This document shows, in pieces, positions 39,669-49,899 of a stretch of DNA of 64,000 bases (position 1 is its first letter; every line of letters begins with the position of its first letter). The notes under the pieces are model-generated. The model worked only from the letters and a program-made list of their open reading frames with translations. It searched no databases and had not been told where the DNA came from. Made by a program: the position numbers and the translations under genes. This DNA comes from Candidatus Poribacteria bacterium (GTDB lineage: Bacteria; Poribacteria; WGA-4E; PCPOR2b). Location of the stretch: assembly GCA_965208325.1 (NCBI GenBank), contig OZ242326.1, forward strand, positions 3,232,001 through 3,296,000, read 5' to 3'.

Positions 39669-39974
39669 ACATGCGTTTCGGCGCGGCAAATTTCCTTCGT
39701 AGAACCGCTTCGAGTCGTCCGACACCCCATACAACTCTCGTCCGATTTGATAAGGTTTAGGCATTTTATACAATCCACAACGTTATGTTGCTGTGAACCG
39801 CTCCCAGATACGCCGTCCTCGATTCAATATACATGGTTGGGCTTTCCGCGTCTGCATTTTCCAGACCAATCTCTCACTCTACACGTTCACACACGCAATC
39901 GGAATATTTCTGGCTGAATAGTCAAATCAGATTTTGAGGCGTTTGGCTTTTTCCTTACAAAGCCCAAAACATTG

Positions 39975-41147
39975 ATGAAAACTTCCAACAACAGGATCGC
40001 CCTTAATTTTGACGACACCGCAGAAGTGTCAGTCAAAGGCTTTATTGCCCCGATTGAATATACCCAATACAACTTCCATGAAAGGTGGGACGCATTGGCG
40101 AATCTACGGGTTGCTGAGCCAGAAAAGCGATACTCTGCGTCAGATTTTCGTGCGTTTCTTCCTGACGAAGCGGTATCGGTTGGTGAGGTCTGGCAAATTG
40201 AAGAGGAGGGTGTGCTGACGTTGTTGCGGCAACTTCACCCCAATCCACATCTGGATATGCACATTGATGTGGGGGATTCCCGTGGGTTGTGGGCGTGTCT
40301 ACGCGCTTATAACCATCAACTTGCCCATGTTGTGTTCCGCATTCATGCAGAATTTGCGTTGACGGACGGTTGGTTCACACCCTCCCAATTCGCCGGACAT
40401 TTAGTTATCGATCGAATTGAAGACAAGATTGTATTTTTCCAGATGCGCTTACCTGATGGTGTAATGAACTTCGATGTTAACTGGCGAACGACAGAAGAAG
40501 GGTGGGAGCGGTCTATAGTAATTACCGATATCGGCTTCTGTCCACAAATGGAATTACGTGCCGGAATGGAAGCCGGCGTGCAAGACTTTAAATTCATTGA
40601 AGCCATTACGCAAGAAGAAGCCGCGCGCAATTTGATACTGTGTTTTTACAAATCCCAGCAAATTCATTGGGTATCGCTGGAAGAAGCGTTGAAAATCGCA
40701 CCGGTGCAACAGAAGCCGATTCATGCCATATCAATTGATGGGCCGCTGGCTGACGAGGCGTGTTGAGGGAGCGGTAAAGCCTTGAGGGCAGTTGCCCTCT
40801 CACATGACCGGGTCATCAAGTTTTTGAACGAAAATTTCATCAACACTTGGGCAACCAATGCCGAATTAGGGCGTACTTCTAGCCTGCGAGACCCTATTGC
40901 GAAGAGACGCAGGCGCGAATCCAACAGCTTTGACACAACGTCCCCTTTGGTGCAAGCAATCAATAGGGGATGGCAAGAAGGTTCGCCGGTGGATTGCTTG
41001 GTTATATCGCCCGACTTTGAACTGAAAGGGCAACTTCCGCTCAATGAATTCCTTCAGAACGCCCGGAGTAAGGGCATCCGGCAAGAGGAGAGTTACCTAA
41101 CGTTTCTCGTGCAATCGTTAGAAGGGAAACAGCCTGGATTGGAGTAG
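39975..41147 (+). CDS. Selenoprotein N (SELENON/SelN)-like protein, Sec encoded by TGA 40764-40766, about 390 aa
   Basis: ORFs 39972-40766 and 40782-41147 share a frame: ...GPLADEAC-U-GSGKALRAVALS...FLNENFINTW, matching the SelN SCUGSG motif region; FRIHAEF, WFTPSQFAGH and DIGFCPQMEL blocks. Confidence 0.9.
40772..40810 (+). promoter_or_regulatory. Candidate bacterial SECIS hairpin
   Basis: GAGGGC-AGTT-GCCCTC stem starting 18 nt after the UGA, G-containing loop, possible lower stem CGGT/ACCG. Confidence 0.7.
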
Positions 41148-41224
41148 TCGCCAATCCTATCAACGAGCGAACCGCGTAACCGAAATCACCGCAATCGACA
41201 GAAAACAAGCATCGGCTGGTTTTG

Positions 41225-41659
41225 CTACTTCGTGTTACTAGCGCGCAGCAGGTGGATTCCCATTGCACCGTTCAACACCGGTAGCAGCGCATCGAAGAAG
41301 GTCCACACCAGCGAACGGACATCTGCGCTGACCGCGGTAAAATCTTTTGCAGCCTTGCTGATGCCGAACCAGTTCCAGAAAAAGAGTATGGCAGCGAACA
41401 CGAACCCGTAGAAAAGCGCGTTGGCTGTGATGAACTCTTTAACCTTCGGATTCTCGCGGGTGCGGCGTATGCGTAGGTATCCGAATTCCAAGCCTACAAT
41501 AATAGAGATTGCGGAGAGCGGGTCAATTATTTTCCAGATGCGGCTGTACGGATGATCGCTTGAGGACGTGTGGTAGATTGGCTCAATAATAGTGTGGATG
41601 GCGACGATGGCTCCAATTAGAATTAGAACTACGCCAAAGAACCGTTTGAGTCCTTCCAT
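41225..41659 (-). CDS. 4-TM hypothetical membrane protein (paralogue A)
   Basis: AIHTIIEPIYH, ANALFYGFVFAAILFFWNWFG shared with 42042-42476. Confidence 0.85.
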   Translation of the reverse strand: MEGLKRFFGVVLILIGAIVAIHTIIEPIYHTSSSDHPYSRIWKIIDPLSAISIIVGLEFGYLRIRRTRENPKVKEFITANALFYGFVFAAILFFWNWFGISKAAKDFTAVSADVRSLVWTFFDALLPVLNGAMGIHLLRASNTK

Positions 41660-42041
41660 GTAGAATGTCTCCCTGTTAACGGTCGCTTCAGCGATCGTGG
41701 CTGAAGTTGGTGGGTAAGTTTTTTAGACTCAATCCTGAGGTTTACCCCGATTTTCGGCTTGCACGCTTCAATCCGTGGAGAGGCGGAGGGCACAGAGACA
41801 ATCTTCTCTGTGCCCTCACGTATTTGCGTCTTGGTTGGGAACGGGGATTCACATTCCCGACACGCGCTACCTTTTCTGACGCACAACTAATCAAGGCGGC
41901 GGTTCAGGTTAGGAAGTAGTGTGGATTATTGAAAGACTGTGCTGGTTTAGTTGTGCCATCCCAATACATACGGATTTTGCGTTCTGCAGCACAAACTCAT
42001 GGCAAGCACCGATTCTGATGACGAATCACATACAGTGTTGG

Positions 42042-42476
42042 CTATTCGCTGGCACTGGAGCGCAACAGATGGACGCCTATTGCACCACTCAACAGCGGGA
42101 ATAGGGCATCAAAGAAAATCCATACGATCGACCGGACATCGGCGCTGACCGCAGTGAATTCCTTCCCGACATCGCTGATGCCGAACCAGTTCCAGAAAAA
42201 GAGTATGGCTGCGAACACAAATCCGTAGAATAGCGTGTTCGCCGCGATGAACTCTGGACCGCTCGCATTTTCGCCGGCACGTCTCATCCGGCAACAGCCG
42301 AATATCAACCCCAGGATAATGGCAATCGCAGTGAGCGGGTTGATTATGCCCCAAGTTGAACTGTACGGGTTCGCTTCGGTGGATGTGTGGTAAAGCGGTT
42401 CGATAACCGTGTGGATGGCAACGATTGCCGCAATTAGGATGTGAACGACACCTACAATTTGCTTGAAGACCTTCAT
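42042..42476 (-). CDS. 4-TM hypothetical membrane protein (paralogue B)
   Basis: GGAGG RBS; collinear similarity to 41225-41659. Confidence 0.85.
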   Translation of the reverse strand: MKVFKQIVGVVHILIAAIVAIHTVIEPLYHTSTEANPYSSTWGIINPLTAIAIILGLIFGCCRMRRAGENASGPEFIAANTLFYGFVFAAILFFWNWFGISDVGKEFTAVSADVRSIVWIFFDALFPLLSGAIGVHLLRSSASE

Positions 42477-42607
42477 GACAATGTCCTCCAATTTGTTTGT
42501 CGGTTACAGTTAAATCCTGTCCCAAGAAACGAAACAAAGTATATCGTATCATACACCCGCAAAAAATCAACGAAAATGTTACGGAACAATTTGCTCGACT
42601 GTCATGG

Positions 42608-42684
42608 GAGTAATGGGTAGTGAGTAATGAGTAATGCGTAATGCGTAATGAGTAAAGAAAAATGCGAAATGCGAAATGAGAAAA
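42608..42684. repeat. Short tandem heptamer repeats
   Basis: GAGTAAT, GCGTAAT and GCGAAAT units. Confidence 0.8.
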
Positions 42685-42968
42685 AGTGGTAAATCAGATT
42701 TTGACCGTCAAGGTTGGCTTTGAAGTCACATGGACAGAGAACGAATGCTAATAGCTTAAATCCGCTGCCTGCGCCGGAGATGGTGAGAAGGGGGATTCAA
42801 ACCGATAGGACAAAAATTTTAACATACAATAAGTGCATTTGTTGTCTTAGGATGATTCGCGGGAATCGTCCGGGTTAGCAGTATGCGTTAGGAAGGAAGG
42901 CGTTACTATACTGCAAATCTTTTTGGAAAACGACGCCCGTCAGAATTTATTGCTTCATCAAAGCGTGC

Positions 42969-43253
42969 CTACGAGGAGCGTTTATGGAGTGCTAATTGGG
43001 CATTGCTTTGGCGTGAGTAGGTTGCCCACAATGATTTTGGTTTGTCTACGGACAGTCCGACGTTACCACATCCGCCGCAAACTGTGGCTCTCAGTTTTGC
43101 GGTGCGGGCTTGCTTGAAGATAAGGGCGTCAGGATTCCCCTGCACTTCAACTTCTAGGTCCTTTGCAGAGCCTACCGCGTCGCTGTGATCCCGAATCCTC
43201 AAGTTGTGCATGATTTCCTCGGAACCGCACCGGGGACACTTAATTTTCGCCAT
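42969..43253 (-). CDS. Small zinc-ribbon protein
   Basis: CPRCGS...VCGGCG; AGGAG RBS. Confidence 0.75.
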   Translation of the reverse strand: MAKIKCPRCGSEEIMHNLRIRDHSDAVGSAKDLEVEVQGNPDALIFKQARTAKLRATVCGGCGNVGLSVDKPKSLWATYSRQSNAQLALHKRSS

Positions 43254-43574
43254 TGATATTTGTCTCCTAATCCATTGGGATGGTGTGGATTTTGTGACTC
43301 TCGTTCCAAGCGCAAGCAAACGGCGATTGACGATTATGGGAATTCAGTCGTGTAGGTTGGGGTTCATTTGATTTGGGAAATCGACCGTACCCCCATTCTT
43401 TGGACAGCGATGAATGAGATTCAAGGTGGAAACCGGTGGCAATTTGGTCAGGATTGAAATGCCTGAATTCATTGGAAATATATCTGTGTGTTTTCTAAAC
43501 ACGCCTGAAAGAACTATCTTCGATTTGACGAACGAAGATTCGTTCCGGGGCTTTGGCTTATAACTGATGGTGCG

Positions 43575-43695
43575 GCGTTAAGGGCAACCACAAGGGTTGC
43601 CCCTACAGCGTATTAGCCCAATGTGAGGGTAGTCTTTTACATCTGCCGCCCCGCTGGGGCTATCGGGCGCTGGATTTATTTTGGAAAGATGTCTA
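43575..43695. repeat. Partial copy of the 26339-26556 MITE
   Basis: GCGTTAAGGGCAACCACAAGGGTTGCCCCTA...TTTTGGAAAGATGTCTA shared. Confidence 0.85.
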
Positions 43696-43864
43696 TTACA
43701 AATCAATTCATCACAGGCGATTCTAGGTTGAACGGGTATCATTTCTTCTTTTGATTCATCTGCCATTCAAATCACCTGCTACCGTAGTCAATTGGGCGAA
43801 GGGGACAGGTACGCTCGGTTGCGCGAACTACGTTAAGTTTCGCCTTCCCCCGCCGCACGATGGG

Positions 43865-44065
43865 TTATGAACGGAAACGCGGCAGATACAAAAATTCTCC
43901 GCAGTTCTTGCACTTCCTCCGATGTTTTGGAGCACTATCCCAATTGTGACCACCCCGCCATGTCCTGCACGACGGATGGCGCACATAGAGATTCTCAAGT
44001 AAAAAAGGTACGCCGCCGACTACCAGCGCCAAAACAAACAACCAAAAGAAAATCTCAAATTGCAT
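43865..44065 (-). CDS. Small membrane-anchored protein with C/H/CxxC motif
   Basis: GAGG RBS; TM helix then C-x5-H...CKNCG. Confidence 0.5.
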   Translation of the reverse strand: MQFEIFFWLFVLALVVGGVPFLLENLYVRHPSCRTWRGGHNWDSAPKHRRKCKNCGEFLYLPRFRS

Positions 44066-44086
44066 TTTAATCACCTCGTATGCTTA

Positions 44087-44377
44087 CTAGATCGGACACG
44101 GGACTTCAATCAATTCACTGTTTATAGCAGAGCAGCGGTTGTGAACACGATCTATGTCAAAGCGGCACAGCGATGTGATGGCGCGTTTGAGCTTCTTTGG
44201 TTGTGTTTCAGAGAGTTTTTCAGATATGTCATTGCGAGAGGGGGCAATCTCCATTATGTCTCTAAGCACGGCGGTTATATTTAGAAAATCATGTGTTTGT
44301 GCCTCCAGTGCATCAAGAACCGCACTAATGAGTTTACGGTGAGCTTCCATATCTGAAATTTCGGCAGGTTTCGGCAT
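44087..44377 (-). CDS. Hypothetical protein
   Basis: 96-aa helical ORF; no motif recognised. Confidence 0.45.
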   Translation of the reverse strand: MPKPAEISDMEAHRKLISAVLDALEAQTHDFLNITAVLRDIMEIAPSRNDISEKLSETQPKKLKRAITSLCRFDIDRVHNRCSAINSELIEVPCPI

Positions 44378-44779
44378 ACCAATTTATTTTTGTGGACAAG
44401 GACAGACTTTACTTTCCGCCATTCTTTGGACAGGAAAAACATGGGATTTTGGGTGCAAAACGTTTGCAATTTGGTCAGATTTGAAATACCTGTATTTTTT
44501 GGTAATATACCTTATGTGGTGTTTGAAAGTCAAGCGATAGGCAAAGTACTTGTCGGTTGGATTGAGTCAGCGGGGAAATGCAAAATATAACCTCCCCTAA
44601 CTTCTCCTTGGTAAGGCGGGGAATTTTGATTGTATGATCCGCTATGGTACTCCTTAATACGGTCGCTTGAATCCAACACTAACTACAAAGGTTTGATGTA
44701 CAGATGTGTTTCTGTGTATAATATTAGCATCTTATTCCACGACATACACGCCACCACAAATCAAATAATGGAGGACATC

Positions 44780-45604
44780 ATGAAATACGTAGGTGCGTTG
44801 TTGCTATGTGTTGTATTGATTGTGGGCTGCGGGGATGGGAACAACAGGCCTGTTATTGAGAAAATCAATGCTCCCGACGAGGTTCGCGCGGGTGCGCGTA
44901 TAGAGCTTGAAGCTTCAGTTGTTGATAAGGATAATGATACACTGGTCTATAAATGGCTAGGACCGGGTGTGTTTATCTCCGGGACAACTCCGACGACGAT
45001 GTGGATTGCACCCGTTGATACGGGCGTCGTCACTGTCGCATTCACGGTGGACGACGGCATCAACGAAGTGGCGGTATCCTCAATTGAAGTAAACGTCATC
45101 CTCCATTCCTTGATTGTGCCCGGGCGAGAGGCCTCCGGCATAAGGTTAGGAGACGAATATGATACGGTGAAGGCGTTGTATGGCGAACCGGACAACTTTG
45201 ACCACAACCTTTTTTCGTATTGGAATCAGGACCTCGGTTTTTCCGGCTTTGTTGACGGCATCGGTCTAGTGGAGAGTCTATTTCTCAGCAGCCCGAATAC
45301 TTCCAAAACTGCCGGCGGCAATGGTATCGGAAGTGCTCTCAGCAGTATAGAGGGCGAATTTGGCGCGGCAGAAGAAATCAATGATGACGAAGACGATGAT
45401 GGCGAAGATCACTGGTATTGGACAATGGGAGTTCAGTTTGATTATGACGCCGGTTCTAATGTAGAGAGGATTTACGTCTTTAAGCCGCATATAAATTTCG
45501 CTGTGGCACCGGTACAATACGGCGATGTAACGATACAACAAGGACAAATTATCCAGAACAAGGCGGCGTTTGAGGCATTTTACGGAACGGGGTTGAGACG
45601 ATAA
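44780..45604 (+). CDS. Lipoprotein with PKD/Ig-like domain and duplicated C-terminal domain
   Basis: GGAGG RBS; lipobox LIVGC; DKDNDTLVYKW; GIRLGD...YGEP and GIGS...FGAA repeats. Confidence 0.8.
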   Translation: MKYVGALLLCVVLIVGCGDGNNRPVIEKINAPDEVRAGARIELEASVVDKDNDTLVYKWLGPGVFISGTTPTTMWIAPVDTGVVTVAFTVDDGINEVAVSSIEVNVILHSLIVPGREASGIRLGDEYDTVKALYGEPDNFDHNLFSYWNQDLGFSGFVDGIGLVESLFLSSPNTSKTAGGNGIGSALSSIEGEFGAAEEINDDEDDDGEDHWYWTMGVQFDYDAGSNVERIYVFKPHINFAVAPVQYGDVTIQQGQIIQNKAAFEAFYGTGLRR

Positions 45605-46065
45605 CGGCAATAGCGGGCGCATCTACGGAGATTGCTCACCGCTCAAACTCGACCTAACCTAGAAAATTAATTTGTTGCGAGATGCTCTTCCAAGTTGGGT
45701 GTAGTTACCCCCGCTAACTCCCCCTTATAAAAGGGGAGGATTTTACCAGAGAAGACTATCGCAGTCCCTATTCGGCCGGTTGATCACTCCAAGCCGAGTG
45801 CGATGTCTATAGCCAAGAGGTGCTCGACTCACACCCGCTCCAGCGGCTCGGTTAGCTAGGCTTACTTATTTCTATAGACATACCGCTCCTCTGGAGCGGG
45901 TGCGTCGTGCACAATCAAGCAACCGACTAGGTAGTGCTGTTCTTTTCAGAAGACTATCGCCCTCGTCATTCACTCGGTTGGTCGTTCCTCTGAAGCGGAA
46001 GATATGATGCCGTGGAGTTATGAATCTCGATCAACCAAGCTAGAAAGTTGGGTTACAAACAAGCG

Positions 46066-46290
46066 TCAATTCCAAACTTCTTCGTGGGTATGAAATTTCA
46101 ACTGATTTGTTTTTTTTCGTTCAAGGATATCTTCCATATCTTTATGAAGTGGAGATTCCTTACCAAGGCTAAAGAAATCCTGTGAAGCAAACTGCATGAG
46201 TTCTTCACGAACTACTTTACGGATTATTACTTCCAACTGCTCAACGGTCATTGTAATTTTCGTATGTTGTGTTGTTACATCGTCAGTCAT
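46066..46290 (-). CDS. Small antitoxin-like protein
   Basis: GGAGG RBS; IIRKVVREEL...THEEVW tail typical of type II antitoxins; no toxin seen downstream. Confidence 0.45.
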   Translation of the reverse strand: MTDDVTTQHTKITMTVEQLEVIIRKVVREELMQFASQDFFSLGKESPLHKDMEDILERKKTNQLKFHTHEEVWN

Positions 46291-46609
46291 TTTGACTATC
46301 CTCCTTCAATAGCAGTAACGAATTTCTTTCTAGCACGAAATATTCACACTTGCCGCCCCGTGGACGGGTTAAAAATTACCCCCAAAACCTATAGTTTGTC
46401 AAATGATATTGTTTCATGAGGAACAACAGCGCATCGCAAAATGAGCAAGTGTTGGTTTTGGGAAAAGACTACCGCCAAAGAGCTAAGAAGAACTGCAAAA
46501 CTATCGCACTCACTATTTGGTCGGTTGATATCTCTGGAATGACCCCAAAAAACTGGACAGTGAGCTAAGAAGGATTTTATAATGACTAACCGTCCAGAAA
46601 GGGGCTATC

Positions 46610-46903
46610 ATGTCGAAGACAAGACGTCAATTTACACCCGAATTTAAGCTCGAATGTGTGCTAGATATCATCAGTGGGCGGAAACGCCCAGTTGAAGTTT
46701 GTAACGAATATCAAATCAGCGATACCTTGCTGTCCAAATGGCGCCAACACTTCATGGAAAACGCCGCGAATCTCTTTGTGGCTGAGCAGAACCACAAGAA
46801 CGCCTCCAATGCGCGCATCGCTGAACTGGAGCGTCTCGTCGGGCAATTGACACTGGAGCTGTCTGCCTCAAAAAACGTATTGAGTTACTTCGACTCTCGA
46901 TAA
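46610..46903 (+). CDS. IS3 transposase OrfA
   Basis: RRQFTPEFK HTH, RIAELERLVGQL zipper; A6C slippery site at 46870-46876. Confidence 0.92.
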   Translation: MSKTRRQFTPEFKLECVLDIISGRKRPVEVCNEYQISDTLLSKWRQHFMENAANLFVAEQNHKNASNARIAELERLVGQLTLELSASKNVLSYFDSR

Positions 46904-47739
46904 AGCAGAAACGGAAATTGGCGAAACGCGGCAGCGAAGCATTTCCCATTAGCCTACTGTGTAATGTGCTCGGCTTGTCTCGAAGCAGTTTCTATTACGA
47001 TTCCAAAGCCGAGGGTGATGCTCAGCTTTGCCGGCATATCGAGCAAATACGTTTATCAAATCACCGCTATGGGTATCGCAGAATCACAAATGAACTGCAT
47101 CGTCAAGGATTGGTTGTCAACCGAAAACGGGTTCAACGTCTGGTTGGCACACTAGGGCTTCGGGTACGTCCTAGGCGAAAGCGGGTGATTACCACCAACA
47201 GTCAACCCGGACGATATGCGTATCCGAATTTGCTCAAAGATTTATCGGCCACTTATCCTGACCAGATTTGGTGTGCAGATATCACCTATATTCCACTGGC
47301 TAGTGGTCAAGTGGCTTATCTGGCGTTATTGTTTGATGTTTTTACTCGAACCATAAGAGGCTGATCGCGAAACATGTCAGTTAACTTGCTGTCTTGGGCA
47401 TTGAGGAGAAAAGCATTAGCAAGACAGCATCGTCCGCAAATCCATCATTCAGACCGTGGTGGACAGTACATTGCTGAGAAGTATTGTCAGCAATTGAGAG
47501 CGATAGCGTGCCGCATTTCCATGACGGAGCGTGGGAAACCGTGGCAGAATCCATACGTTGAGAGTACGATTAGCAGAATCAAAGACGAGTATATCGTTGA
47601 CTCCGAGTATCAGAATTTCCACGATGCGTACAACCAACTATGTCCAGTATTAGATGTCGTGTATAATCAGACAAGGCCTCATTCAGCGCTAGGCTATCGG
47701 ACACCTGCTGAATTCGAGGCCGCGTATAATGCACACTAG
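46870..47739 (+). pseudogene. IS3 transposase OrfB (DDE) with premature TGA at 47362
   Basis: YGYRRI, WCADITYI, HHSDRGGQY, NPYVES, RPHSALGYRTP; stop at the position of the conserved GW. Confidence 0.85.
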
Positions 47740-48005
47740 AACTCAAACCGGAATTCCATCTTGAATCAATTACGCAGCACTAACATAGTTGTATGCGAGA
47801 CCTAAACTTCAAAATACCTTCTTAACATCAACAATTTCGTGTCCAAACAATTGGGGTCACTGCCCTCTACCCAACCTACAAAAACCTGACCCCCTCTAAC
47901 TCCCCCTTATCAAGGGGGAGGATTTTACATTCGTTCGGTAGCTCTTTCGTTATTCGATCGGTTGATTCACATCAACGAAAACTAGGGATTGGATTCAAGT
48001 TTAAG

Positions 48006-48035
48006 AAACCGAGATTTCAAGAAAAATCTCGGTTT
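48006..48035. terminator. Hairpin after tkt
   Basis: AAACCGAGATTT / AAATCTCGGTTT. Confidence 0.65.
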
Positions 48036-48054
48036 GGGCGGGATTGTTACCTGA

Positions 48055-49899
48055 TTAGATAGTCTCCCTCACTTTGCGAACGATGGATGCGGCGCTGATG
48101 CCGTGCTGCTCCATGAGTTCATCGGGTTTTCCGGATCGGGGAAGGCTGGTAACGGCGAGTTTGTGAACTTTAATTCCGCAGGAAGCGACTGCGTCGAGGA
48201 CGGCGTCGCCAATTCCGCCCTCACGGTAGTGGTCTTCGACCGTGATTAGCGTATTATTCGTGACAGCGGCGGCGCGTAGGAGAGATTCGGTATCAACGGG
48301 CTTGACAGAGTAGAGATCGATGACGCGAATGGAGATGCCTTCTGATTTGAGCTGATCGTAGGCTTTTAACGCCTCATTGAGTGTAACACCTGCCGCAACA
48401 ACAGTGGCTACATCGTTCGAATCTTCACGAAGGGTCTTGCTGCCTCCGATGGGGAAGTGTTCGTCGTTTGCATAGATTACGGGGGTTTTGGGGCGCGATG
48501 TACGGATATAGACGATGCCGTCATGCCGCGCGGCTTCACCGACTAAGCGCTCGGCTGAGACTGCGTCGCTCGGATAGAGGACAACAGATCCCGGAAGCGT
48601 TCGGAACATCGCCAAATCCTCTAAGCCCATTTGCGATGGGCCGTCTTCGCCGATAGAGATGCCGGCATGTGAGCCAGCGTATTTGATATTCGCTTGGGAG
48701 ATTGCAGACATTCGAATCTGATCCGCTGATCGGGTCAGAAATGCCGCGAAGCTGGAGACAAACGGCACCTTTCCGCACTTTGACAACCCGATTCCCGAAC
48801 CGACGAGGTTCTGCTCCGCGATAAACATTTCAAAATACCGGTTGCCGTGCTTTTCCATGAATTGTTCGGCGTATGTGGAATTTTTGACATCCGCATCCAG
48901 CGCCACGACCTGCGGGTTTGCATCTCCCAACTTTGCGAGACCTGCCCCGTATCCACTACGGGATGCGACGTCTTCGCCAATCTGATAGTCGGGCGGTGCG
49001 ACCTCTCGCATCTCGGCAGCGGCTTGATTTGAGGGTACAGCCGGCGTTTCAATTTGAAATCCGCCATTTGAACCGAGCGGACCAAGTTCATTGAGCGCTG
49101 CATCGAGTTGTTCGCCTTTGGGAATGGCTTTTCCGTGCCAACCCTCTTTGTCTTCAACAAATGAGACGCCTTTACCTTTGATAGTCTTTGCGACAATCAT
49201 CGTCGGCTGAATTGCCGACGCATTCGCACTGTCTAACGCGGACAAAATGTCGTCAAGATTATGTCCGTCAATGGCGATGGTGTTCCAACCGAACGATTCA
49301 AAGCGTCGGCAATAAGAATCTATGTCGAACCCGTACATGGTGCGTCCGCTCTGCCCTCTTCCGTTGACATCGACAATACCAATTAAGTTGTTGAGTTTAT
49401 AGTGCGACGCCAACGCAACCGCTTCCCAGACGCCGCCTTCAGCCGATTCACCATCGCCCATGAGGACATATACGCGGTAATCGGATTTGTCCAGGTATTT
49501 ACCGTTTAGCGCCATCCCAACGCCAATTGACAGGCCCTGCCCCAACGATCCGGTCGCCACATCGACCCAATCCAAGCGCGGGGTGGGGTGGCCTTCGAGG
49601 TTGCTGTCAATCCGGCGCAGATCGAGCAGATCATCAACAGAGACAATGCCTGCCTCTGCCCAAGCCGCGTAGAGCAGCGGTGCAGCATGGCCTTTTGACA
49701 AGATGAAGCGGTCGTTGTTTGGGTTGTGCGGGTTACGGCGATCATAACGCATGGTGTGAAAAAAGAGCGCAGCAACGATATCAGCGGCTGACATACAGGT
49801 CGTTGGATGGCCGGATGCGGCTTCAGATGTAGATATGATTGAGTGGATGCGTAAATTATCGGCTTTTTGCTTCAGAAACGCCCTTAGGTCTTCGGTCAT
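48055..49899 (-). CDS. tkt: Transketolase
   Basis: GHPTT, LSKGHAAP, TGSLGQG, GDGESAEG TPP motif, GEDGPSQM. Confidence 0.95.
   Translation of the reverse strand: MTEDLRAFLKQKADNLRIHSIISTSEAASGHPTTCMSAADIVAALFFHTMRYDRRNPHNPNNDRFILSKGHAAPLLYAAWAEAGIVSVDDLLDLRRIDSNLEGHPTPRLDWVDVATGSLGQGLSIGVGMALNGKYLDKSDYRVYVLMGDGESAEGGVWEAVALASHYKLNNLIGIVDVNGRGQSGRTMYGFDIDSYCRRFESFGWNTIAIDGHNLDDILSALDSANASAIQPTMIVAKTIKGKGVSFVEDKEGWHGKAIPKGEQLDAALNELGPLGSNGGFQIETPAVPSNQAAAEMREVAPPDYQIGEDVASRSGYGAGLAKLGDANPQVVALDADVKNSTYAEQFMEKHGNRYFEMFIAEQNLVGSGIGLSKCGKVPFVSSFAAFLTRSADQIRMSAISQANIKYAGSHAGISIGEDGPSQMGLEDLAMFRTLPGSVVLYPSDAVSAERLVGEAARHDGIVYIRTSRPKTPVIYANDEHFPIGGSKTLREDSNDVATVVAAGVTLNEALKAYDQLKSEGISIRVIDLYSVKPVDTESLLRAAAVTNNTLITVEDHYREGGIGDAVLDAVASCGIKVHKLAVTSLPRSGKPDELMEQHGISAASIVRKVRETI

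Larger units (their letters stand above)
46535..47864 (+). mobile_element. IS3-family insertion sequence, 1330 bp, probably defective
   Basis: Ends TGGAATGACCCCAAAAAACTGGACA / TGTCCAAACAATTGGGGTCACTGCC; CTC duplicated on both flanks; orfA/orfB arrangement. Confidence 0.9.

Noticed and set aside
40782..41147. Independent 121-aa gene with TTG start
   Set aside because: Better explained as the post-Sec half of the SelN-like protein.
42780..42806. tRNA 3'-end-like string on - (GGTTTGAATCCCCCTTCTCACCA)
   Set aside because: The T-stem does not pair and no acceptor, D or anticodon arms were found; no second copy suggests an att site.
45960..46290. Complete toxin-antitoxin operon
   Set aside because: No toxin ORF is recognisable downstream of the antitoxin-like gene; only repeats follow.
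45750..46531. Recurring ~32-bp repeats as a CRISPR array
   Set aside because: Spacing is irregular and long, the copies are degenerate and scattered over 50 kb, and no cas genes are present.
47362..47364. In-frame TGA in IS3 orfB as a second selenocysteine or recoding site
   Set aside because: It falls at the conserved Trp of the GW motif, has no Cys/redox context, and nearby residues look deleted; this is a nonsense mutation. Other genes end in TGA normally, so there is no code reassignment.
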